In this document: positions 46,153 through 54,043 of the stretch, in pieces
Numbering within the stretch: the first letter of the stretch is position 1
Layout of the letters: every line of letters begins with the position of its first letter
Notes under the pieces: generated by a model
The model's database searches: none
Seen by the model: the letters and a program-made list of their open reading frames with translations, nothing else
Told to the model about the DNA's origin: nothing
Made by a program: the position numbers and the translations under genes
Source of the DNA: Diadema antillarum
Taxonomy: Eukaryota
Assembly: GCF_040938485.1 (NCBI RefSeq)
Contig: NW_027270984.1
Coordinates: forward strand, 1,240,001 to 1,304,000
Reading direction: 5' to 3'
Length of the DNA: 64,000 nt

Positions 46153-47484
46153 TTATTGGTAATCGTAGATGATGTTTCTGCTTTTATCAATCTGAATCAG
46201 TCCTTGTCCTTCCGAGTAGACGATACAGTTGACGGTGTTTGGAATGGCCACGTCGAATTGTAGCTCTAAGCGCAGATTTCCTTGCTTGATGAGATTCAAG
46301 TGACATCCGTCAGATAGGTCGGGCGTAAGGTCGAATGCAAAAAGGGTATAACCTTCGCAGTATTCTTCTCGATTGATGTTAATTCCCTTGTCTACAAACA
46401 GTCGGTTGGTTCCCATGAATAGTGAATTGTAAGCGTGAATGTAACTTTGTCCAGCTCCCGCTGCAAAGCTAGGACGTAATGGTCTCATCGGCACCGTTTC
46501 TCCGTCAATAGTGAGGGAGATGAAGTTGAGGCGTAAATGTTTAAAGTTGAAGGGGTTCTTGCCAAAAGTACCGTTAAAGGCGTCTGTGTCAACGAATCCT
46601 ACGACCACCCGATTTGGTAACTGTCCGTGAAATAGATTGTCTTTATTAATCGACATGCTTCCTGCAGGAATGGAAAAGGACTTCACGTCTACTTTGTTGA
46701 CGGGGTATTTCGCGGTTGTCTTCTCCAAGGCCTTGGCGTGGTTTAACATGATGGTAGGACTGGTCTTTACTCTGCGAACGTAGAGGGCAGCAGATTCTAT
46801 TTTAATTTTATATCGGGCATTCTCCGTCGAAGACAGAAGACAAAATGCGTCTTTGCTACGATTTAACTTGATTTTCAAATCAACCCCCGGGAGTAACAGT
46901 CTTTCTTGAAAAAAAATGTCGGCGTAAATCGGACCAAGTAGAGAAAGTAATTTACTCTCGACGATGAATCCATGTCTTTTCGCCAGACCGGGATTAGCTT
47001 CTGCAGAGCTTGCCAGCGGGTTAACGACATCCATTTTCCCCGCTTTGTCCTTGTAATATAGCTGTTGAGTGAGTTGAGACTCTTTGGTCTCTCCTCCATA
47101 GTGCAGCAGAGATTCGATGTACGCTCTGTAAGGGTATGTATTCGACGGCTGAGACACTAGTTTTTCATTGAGCATGATATCAACTTGTGCAAAGAGAGAT
47201 GGGAGAAACAGGTTTACGGGACCAACTGGGGCATCAGCTGGTAAAGCCGTGTTATCATTGTTCGTAACTTTGACTGTCACTTGAAGCATGGTCTGAGAGA
47301 GGTCCAAGTATTCTTCCGACGTGCCGGACACGTTGAATTCAATGGGCCCTTCATCGGTGATGCTGCTAACGGGGTGATATTCTACCCATGGTCCTTTGAC
47401 GATGCTCATTTGAGTGTGTGGTACCGTGAACAAATCCAATTCGGACTTGCAGCAGACATCGCTCTTGTCGTGTAGAAGCGCCAT
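46153..47484 (-). CDS. PY: double-jelly-roll major capsid protein (probable start MALLHDKS, 443 aa)
   Basis: KSELDLFTVPHTQMSI, PIEFNVSG, LFSQ-like LFAQVDIMLN, YPYRAYIESLL, NPFNFKH, GYTLFAFDLTPD motifs of Polinton MCP. Confidence 0.95.
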   Translation of the reverse strand: MALLHDKSDVCCKSELDLFTVPHTQMSIVKGPWVEYHPVSSITDEGPIEFNVSGTSEEYLDLSQTMLQVTVKVTNNDNTALPADAPVGPVNLFLPSLFAQVDIMLNEKLVSQPSNTYPYRAYIESLLHYGGETKESQLTQQLYYKDKAGKMDVVNPLASSAEANPGLAKRHGFIVESKLLSLLGPIYADIFFQERLLLPGVDLKIKLNRSKDAFCLLSSTENARYKIKIESAALYVRRVKTSPTIMLNHAKALEKTTAKYPVNKVDVKSFSIPAGSMSINKDNLFHGQLPNRVVVGFVDTDAFNGTFGKNPFNFKHLRLNFISLTIDGETVPMRPLRPSFAAGAGQSYIHAYNSLFMGTNRLFVDKGININREEYCEGYTLFAFDLTPDLSDGCHLNLIKQGNLRLELQFDVAIPNTVNCIVYSEGQGLIQIDKSRNIIYDYQ

Positions 47485-47536
47485 GTTCAGCAAAGACAGC
47501 AAGGAGTGTATGAGACTGGTAAACGAATAGTCCGAA

Positions 47537-47977
47537 TTAATCGAAGATGTCGCGCAAGCGAGCTCTTTTCGCTGGAGAATTTCGAGACCGAATGATACGC
47601 TTCCTTCCTCGCCTCCTTCTTTTAACTCTTCCTACAACTACTAATCGCGCTCCTCCAGTCTGATTCCCAATTTTTTTCTTTACTGCTCGAACAGTCTTTG
47701 AGGCCAGGTGTTTTCCCGCCCGAGCCACATTTTTTCTAGTTGCGCTTTTAAAAGATTGTCCGTTGATGGTGTCCTGAACAATGTTCATGCCTGTATGCAT
47801 AGCTTCTTTTCCCAAAGCAACAGCCCCTCTTTTTAAGAGAGGAGTTGCGACTTTGAAGAGCCCCTTCACCAGACTACCCAGCCCGTGTCCTCTCTGCATG
47901 GATGCCCCGCGGAAGACGGGTAATCCCGAGCCATATTGGTCGTGAAAAATCCTTGCCGGTGCGCGAAATACCACCAT
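47537..47977 (-). CDS. core/lytic precursor protein (probably Maverick PZ), 146 aa
   Basis: QYGSGLPVFRG, QRGHGLGSLVKGLFK amphipathic segment, Arg-rich C-terminus; lies between the minor and major capsid genes. Confidence 0.85.
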   Translation of the reverse strand: MVVFRAPARIFHDQYGSGLPVFRGASMQRGHGLGSLVKGLFKVATPLLKRGAVALGKEAMHTGMNIVQDTINGQSFKSATRKNVARAGKHLASKTVRAVKKKIGNQTGGARLVVVGRVKRRRRGRKRIIRSRNSPAKRARLRDIFD

Positions 47978-48012
47978 AGTTGGACGTATCGCTGTGTAAA
48001 TTTAGCGTCCAG

Positions 48013-48774
48013 CTAGTTCGTAGAGCGCTCTCTAAAGTGTAACTTCACGATCACTTTCCCGCGTTCAAATGGTACCACTTCACCCGATTCGGTTGTTAAT
48101 ATAATCTCTATCGTTTCAAAATTGTAAAGCTTAAGAGGGACGTAATGCGGAGTGATATAGGTATTGACGATATTATCGCGATCCTTGTCCGGAATGACTG
48201 CTATCGTCCTCAGTAAAGGTACAGCAGCGTCACCTACGTGTTGAAACTGAACGATATCAGAATAGACATAAAATGTATGAAATTTCATGTGTACATCCAT
48301 TGGCATGGGACTCAGTGTTGATTCCGTGAGATGGCATTCCCCTTCAAACCCGAGCATCATAGCCAAACCACAGGGAATGAGGAGCGCCGTATTTCCTTCT
48401 AATCGGATGAAACATTTTCGTTGGGTCCTCTTGTAATAAAATGTGATGCTTTTACGTAATTTTCTCCGGAACTGTTCGTTGATCGAGTCAATGAGTTCCT
48501 CTCCAGAATTATAATATCCCGCAGGAATCTCAATTTTTTTCATCAATGGAACAGCGTCGTCCTCTACTTCATTATCGTAAATAGTGAGGGTGTTGTTATC
48601 ATGTCGTACATTATACCACGTGCACTGAAATTGAACTTCTGCCAACCCCACCTCGTAATCTTCGTTGAGTGAGAGAGGTGCGTGAAGCCGCGTTGTAAAC
48701 TGACACGTTTTGTTATTTGGATAGTACGACATGGAACTATTACTGGGCAGCGTCACGTAAAATTGAGAAGCCAT
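48013..48774 (-). CDS. PX: single-jelly-roll minor capsid (penton) protein, 253 aa
   Basis: FYVTLPSNSS...YPNN, YEVGLAEV, FYVYSDIV...VGD...PLLRTI, HYVPL, GKVIVKLHFR. Confidence 0.93.
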   Translation of the reverse strand: MASQFYVTLPSNSSMSYYPNNKTCQFTTRLHAPLSLNEDYEVGLAEVQFQCTWYNVRHDNNTLTIYDNEVEDDAVPLMKKIEIPAGYYNSGEELIDSINEQFRRKLRKSITFYYKRTQRKCFIRLEGNTALLIPCGLAMMLGFEGECHLTESTLSPMPMDVHMKFHTFYVYSDIVQFQHVGDAAVPLLRTIAVIPDKDRDNIVNTYITPHYVPLKLYNFETIEIILTTESGEVVPFERGKVIVKLHFRERSTN

Positions 48775-48841
48775 GTTCGATCAGCCTCTTCTCCTTTGTT
48801 CAAAGCGAAGAATGATAACGAGAGTAACGTGAATCGTGTTT

Positions 48842-49933
48842 TTAACGCGGAGTTAAGTGTCGAACCCAACTATCAAATTCTTTGCCATACCCTGACCAAC
48901 GAACTAGGTATTCTTTCTGCCCATTGCGCATGCGCGTGCGTAAAACCTTGTCCACGTTGTAAGTAGTCTCCTTGTCTTTCGAAACTCTTATCAATTCCCT
49001 TTCATAGAACGTACCCTTCACTCGTTCCCCGTTGTAATCCTTTATTCTGTAGACAGGTACCCTCCTATTGACGCGGGAGCTGATTGTAAAGACCTCCCTC
49101 GAAAAATTTGCTTCGTAACCCTTTTCGAACTTTAGTTTGCTTTTACTAATACGAACTTGATCTCCGATTTCATACTTGAATCGTGGAGCTGTACGCTTCT
49201 TCCCTCGCATTGCCCTACCGTAGAGACTTTTTATGGCACGCTTTTGATTCTCAATATTCACGTCTTTTGGTTTCATGCCAATACTAGAATGAATGGTGTT
49301 GTTATAGCCTTTGACCAAATCTTTTATTACACCGAGATACCTGTAAGTGTTTTTGAATGTGAAGAAGCGCCACATTTTTGTTCGCAGCGTTCTATTGAAT
49401 CGTTCAGCAACGCTGGCTTTGGTTTCATTTTCTGTTGTGTAGAAGTGAATGCCTTCTTTCTCGAGATATTTCTGAAAATGTCTGTTTGTGAATTCCGAAC
49501 CTTTGTCTGTATGTAGCATTACAGGCACTCGGCCCTCTTTCAAGATGCTTTCGAATGCCCCGACAATGTCTTTTGATTTTTTGTTTTTTAAAGGAACCAC
49601 CCAAGCATATTTCGACAGTACATCTATACACGTCAGTAAGTAGCGATAACCATTATTAAACCTTTTCAAATTTTGAACATCTACAAGATCAGCCTCCCAG
49701 ATTTCGTCGATTCCTCTCACTTTCACAACATTTCTCTTAAATGTCTTTCTCGCCGGTGCGTGCATTGAATACGCATCTTGTTTCGTTAACCAGTCTCTGA
49801 CACCCTGCAAGCTCGCTTTTTCAGTTTCCACCTCTCTCACCGCATTCCACAACTTACTGACACCACCGAAACTAGCTGGATGTTGAGGATCGTAATAGAT
49901 TTCCTCTAACGCTCTCTCAAATGAATTAGACAT
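48842..49933 (-). CDS. INT: retroviral-type DDE integrase with C-terminal chromodomain (probable start MSNSFE, 363 aa)
   Basis: IYYDP...SFGG, WEADLVD, LHTDKGSEF, KASVAERFNRTL; chromodomain YNVDKVL...EYLVRWSGYGKEFDSWV. Confidence 0.96.
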   Translation of the reverse strand: MSNSFERALEEIYYDPQHPASFGGVSKLWNAVREVETEKASLQGVRDWLTKQDAYSMHAPARKTFKRNVVKVRGIDEIWEADLVDVQNLKRFNNGYRYLLTCIDVLSKYAWVVPLKNKKSKDIVGAFESILKEGRVPVMLHTDKGSEFTNRHFQKYLEKEGIHFYTTENETKASVAERFNRTLRTKMWRFFTFKNTYRYLGVIKDLVKGYNNTIHSSIGMKPKDVNIENQKRAIKSLYGRAMRGKKRTAPRFKYEIGDQVRISKSKLKFEKGYEANFSREVFTISSRVNRRVPVYRIKDYNGERVKGTFYERELIRVSKDKETTYNVDKVLRTRMRNGQKEYLVRWSGYGKEFDSWVRHLTPR

Positions 49934-50120
49934 TATTCGTCTCAGCAACCACACACTGCAGAAGCAAACATCAGAAATGGCATTCCTTTCACATTGCAAT
50001 GACATAAAAGGCATCAATGATAGACAAGGTAACGAGTAAAAAAAATCATTTGAAAATGAAACGCATCATTTATTGTACACGCATACACACAGTGCAGCGA
50101 ATTTCGTTGCTTGAATCAAT

Positions 50121-51044
50121 TCACATTCTATTAACATCTACATTCCATACATTATACAACATATACAGACAAAAATGTAAAACGTATCGCGACATTAGTC
50201 CAACAGTCATTTTCGGAGCGTGTTCCGACCAGCGCACTTTGTAGCGTTTGAGTCCTTCCACGAATTGCGCGCGAAATTCCTCTTTCCGCTCGTCCGGTAT
50301 GCAGGCATATTGGTAGATGTTGACAAAATAGCATAGAGCCATCAGCGAACGTTTGTACTTGTTGGGATGATTGGGGTTCTCTATACAATTTTTGAGCAGG
50401 GCCTCTATACAATCGTCGAACCTCTCATTGCCTCGAAGCTTGATTCGTCGCACACGGGAAAATTGTTCCTCGCTTGCAATTGTCCGACATGCGCGTAAGA
50501 TTGTCTCGGTGTCTACGGCGTGAAAGTCGGAAGGAAATGTGTCCTTTATCACCGTTAATAGCAGTCGTTCGTCTAAAGCACGTTCCACTGAGGGTCCGTC
50601 AAGACAATGTCGGGCAGGCCGGTCTCGAGCCCCAAGGCCCTGTAGACCACTCTCACAGCGGCCTCTATCCCCTCCACGTGTCTCCCTATGTTGACTCTTC
50701 TTTGTTCCAGCTGCTGTTGAGTCTCTCCCCTCAGAATAAATTTGATGTACTCCAGGAAAAAACCGCACTCGACGAGATCTGGTCTCATCCAGAGCACCCT
50801 GCCAACGTAAGGGTACACTCTCTCCACAGTCATTGGGTCCAAATGATGAACCGCCTGGAACACTTTGCGCTGTGGATCTTCGGGAGTACCGTCTATTGGA
50901 GAATCTGGCACGTTTTGCACCCGTTTCAAGACTTCGATGAGAGTTAGATACTCCGTCAACATCAGCAAGTCCACCTTCTCCACCGTCCTCTGCATTTCGG
51001 GACACCAGGTGTTGGCGATATTCGGCTGAGACATTCTGTAACAT
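50121..51044 (-). CDS. accessory protein with C-terminal helical domain resembling the Bcl-2 fold (307 aa from ATG 51044, or 345 aa from ATG 51158)
   Basis: open frame; the last ~150 aa look protein-like, while the N-terminal part overlaps the 153-aa ORF and looks overprinted; start uncertain. Confidence 0.55.
   Translation of the reverse strand: MLQNVSAEYRQHLVSRNAEDGGEGGLADVDGVSNSHRSLETGAKRARFSNRRYSRRSTAQSVPGGSSFGPNDCGESVPLRWQGALDETRSRRVRFFPGVHQIYSEGRDSTAAGTKKSQHRETRGGDRGRCESGLQGLGARDRPARHCLDGPSVERALDERLLLTVIKDTFPSDFHAVDTETILRACRTIASEEQFSRVRRIKLRGNERFDDCIEALLKNCIENPNHPNKYKRSLMALCYFVNIYQYACIPDERKEEFRAQFVEGLKRYKVRWSEHAPKMTVGLMSRYVLHFCLYMLYNVWNVDVNRM
50573..51034 (-). CDS. accessory alpha-helical protein of unknown function (153 aa, MSQPNIANTW...)
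   Basis: ATG with A at -3, amphipathic helical composition, first substantial gene inside the right end. Confidence 0.65.
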   Translation of the reverse strand: MSQPNIANTWCPEMQRTVEKVDLLMLTEYLTLIEVLKRVQNVPDSPIDGTPEDPQRKVFQAVHHLDPMTVERVYPYVGRVLWMRPDLVECGFFLEYIKFILRGETQQQLEQRRVNIGRHVEGIEAAVRVVYRALGLETGLPDIVLTDPQWNVL

Positions 51045-51179
51045 GTGATGCTCTCGGAAGGTTTCAAATTGAAATGTGTCCCTCTCGCATGTTCTTCGAG
51101 TTTTTATTCTTTTGCTTTGCAAAGGACGCCACCATCTCTTTGAATATGTATGAGGCATCTATTGTTTTATGCAGGACGA

Positions 51180-51610
51180 GTCCGAACCCGTCACTGGCTC
51201 CAGGTCCAGTTTATGTATTTCTTTATTTAAAAATTCTTTTGTCTTCGCTCGCGTACAAGCGTGGGTCAGAGGACAAGTCCGAACTTATCGTGAACTTGAG
51301 GTCCAGTCTTATGTATTTCTTTGTTTTTCTAGTCTTTTGTCTTTGAGTGTGCGAGCGTCGGTCTGAGGACAAGTCCGAACTTATCGTGAACTTGAGGTCC
51401 AGTCTTATGTATTTCTTTGTTTTTCCAGTCTTTTGTCTTTAAGTCCCCGAGCGTTGGTCAGTGGACACGCCCTGACTTTTGTCTTCGATTGCGCAAGCAT
51501 TGCGCAAGCGTCGGTCAGAGGACACGCCCCCATTTTTATGTATTTCTTTGTTTTTTAAAGTTCTTTTGTTTTCGATCGGGCGAGCGTCGGTCAGAGGACA
51601 GGTCCGAACT
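51180..51610 (-). repeat. right subterminal ~96-97-bp repeats
   Basis: GTCCGAAC at 51180, 51277, 51373 and 51602 with ATGTATTTCTTT...CTTTTGT blocks; degenerate copies near 51465 and 51520. Confidence 0.85.
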
Positions 51611-52186
51611 TGTCGGAGTGACGTCATCAAACAAACAAATGTCATGAATACGATTGCAATCGTCATTATGACCATTTCGACCATTGCCTTCGAAAATATC
51701 TCTCGATGTGAGAACAAAAGAATATGATGAAACAATGATGCGGATTCTTAAAACAATAGCATATTTTTCATAATTCATTCTTCATATTTCATATCGATCC
51801 ATAAATATTCATATTTCATAATCATCATTCATCGTTCATATCTATAATTCATATCTCATGAATATTCATCTTTCATTTTTCATATTTCATACATTCTTTT
51901 GTTCTTTCCAATTTCTATTGTTATGTAAATATCCATAATTCATATCTATTATCATAATTCATCGATTTATCATAATTCATATCATAATCCATCTTTTTAT
52001 CATAAATCATATCATAATCCATATTTTTATCATAAATCATATCATAATCCATCTTTTTATCATAAATCATATCATAATCCATATTTCATAATTCATAATT
52101 CTTTTGTCTTTTCATATTTCTTTTGTTCTAGAACAATAGAAATATGAATCATATTTTTATGACGCTATACGTACACCTATACTACT
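51529..52186 (-). repeat. right terminal inverted repeat (658 bp)
   Basis: reverse complement of 34785-35441, ends ...CCTATACTACT. Confidence 0.95.
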
Positions 52187-52192
52187 AACAAG
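52187..52192. repeat. right 6-bp target site duplication AACAAG
   Basis: identical to 34779-34784. Confidence 0.95.
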
Positions 52193-53281
52193 AAACTTAC
52201 CTAGCTTGTGGTAGATTAAAATAAAGTGGTATAATTCAACTTCTCACACTTTGGGTAAAACAAAATCAGCAATACATTATACTTTTAATTTTCTGCAGAT
52301 GGCATGATATCAATAGGACCAACTTTCAAGTCTCTGGATTTGTTTATAAAGATAATGCACACACTTTTAATAGGTTGATTGCATCATTGTCTTTTTTAAT
52401 TTTTCAAGCCTCATATTGGTGAATGGACCCTCTCTTAGCATGGGTGACATACAAGGTTGGTTCACAATGAGCTGGTATAATTTCCGAGTTAACTAAAAGT
52501 TAGCTCCTTTGAAGGTAGCTAACTCTGATGATACATGCATAGTAGCTCCCCAAGGGAGACCAAGACCAAGACCTTTGAAAAGGGGGGGGGGGGGGGGGGG
52601 GACTGTGAGAACACTCTCAAAGTTAGCTACTACAATTAACTTTAAACCACCAGTTTTCTTGCAGTGCAGTCATGGGTAGCATACAAAGGTTTTTTTTTTT
52701 AAACAAAAGTATTTCAGAATTATTACTGTGACACACAAGTCTCTTGGTAAAGTCTTCATACAATGTAGGCTTTCAAGTAAGTATAACCAATAACAGACAA
52801 TAATAAACATGCAGTGATCTATTTTGCATAATTTAGAAAGTTGTCGAAATGACAGTAAAATTGTTGTACCGTCCCGGGAACAATGGAATGGGCCACTTGT
52901 ATGAAATTTTCAGTTGCTAAAGGGTTAATAAGAAAGTGAGGTGCACTGCAGCTGCAAAACCTTGTTTCCAATGATGATAATTACATTGAAAACACAACTT
53001 AGCAACAGACATGGCTGATTAATTACCCCAAGGGCCAGCCGCTGCTAGATACCTAGACGTTCACAATACAAAGAAATGTTGCCAGAACAAAGTAATCAGT
53101 ACAATCAGCAGTATCAGAGCAAAATGGCCGCCTTCCTTAGATGCAACGTATCAACAAAAAACAAAAAAAGTACTTTGAATAAGAGAGAGTGCCACAGTCC
53201 AAATGTACGACATAATGATGTAAATGAATAGATGGGAAAACCGAAGCACGGCTAAGTCGCAAACCTCTCATCAATTTGCAG

Positions 53282-53349
53282 ATGTCAAAAACTGAGGTTG
53301 ACGTCTGCGCACACAATGTGTTTGTTCGCAGAATCAAATGTGTTGGACG
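53282..53349 (+). CDS. weak candidate host exon (68 nt)
   Basis: acceptor CTCATCAATTTGCAG, donor ACG|GTCAGT; two of three frames open. Confidence 0.25.
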
Positions 53350-53422
53350 GTCAGTGCATCCTACTTCTTCAATCACTGATGATAAAGTTGCATGCAGGAG
53401 AACTGTTATGATATCCACTTCC

Positions 53423-54043
53423 TTAGAAGGGAATTTCAGTGCGGTTGAAAGTTGGTCTGAAAAGAAGGAGTAAAATCTTCTTAGCACAACAATGAAAATT
53501 TGATCAAAATCGGATGAAACATACGGCAAATTACAATGTGTATGACATTTTGAGGTTTCGCTAATTTTTCAGGAATTTTTCTTAAATAGTCGATATGAAT
53601 AAATGCAAATAGTGAAGAAATGATGTATTCCCCTCACAACTTGCCACAGATCTATTAAAAAAAAAAATTGTCTTATTTCCGGTTTTTCATTCAAACACAA
53701 TTATGCCCAGTCTCAAATCCTGATATATCTAACTGATCATTTTTCTAAAGCCATTCATCGAGGAATAACATCATGTTTTCCACTTCAATTTAACAGAAAC
53801 ATTGAATTTTTGTCATTTTTTTTTCACTTGATCAATGGAAATTTGAGAAGCGATGACATCATCACCTCACTCATTTTCACATTTATATCAACTGTACAAG
53901 AACTGTTAGGGGCAGAAATTAGCCAAACTTAACAATTTCATAACATCCAAAATTTTCATCCTATTCTGATCAATTTTTTTTAAAGATCTAACTCTTTCTT
54001 ATCAGACTAAATAATTCATAACTGGACTGGAACTCCTCTTTAA
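53423..54043. mobile_element. degenerate Kolobok-type MITE
   Basis: imperfect termini TTAGAAGGGAATTTCAGT / ACTGGAACTCCTCTTTAA and AAAATTTGATCAAAATCGG-type subterminal motifs. Confidence 0.4.

Larger units (their letters stand above)
34785..52186. mobile_element. complete Polinton/Maverick (adintovirus-like endogenous virus), about 17.4 kb
   Basis: AGTAGT...ACTACT termini, ~657-bp TIRs, 6-bp TSD, intact pPolB, ATPase, integrase, protease, major and minor capsid genes in two convergent blocks. Confidence 0.98.

Noticed and set aside
35824-50947. Antisense or alternate-frame ORFs inside Polinton genes (e.g. 35824-36192, 42509-42835, 49157-49516, 50474-50947)
   Set aside because: Shadows of well-supported genes with no motifs of their own
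50121-51158. Rb-binding LxCxE motif in the terminal accessory ORFs
   Set aside because: The nearest match is TWCPE, which lacks the Leu; not claimed
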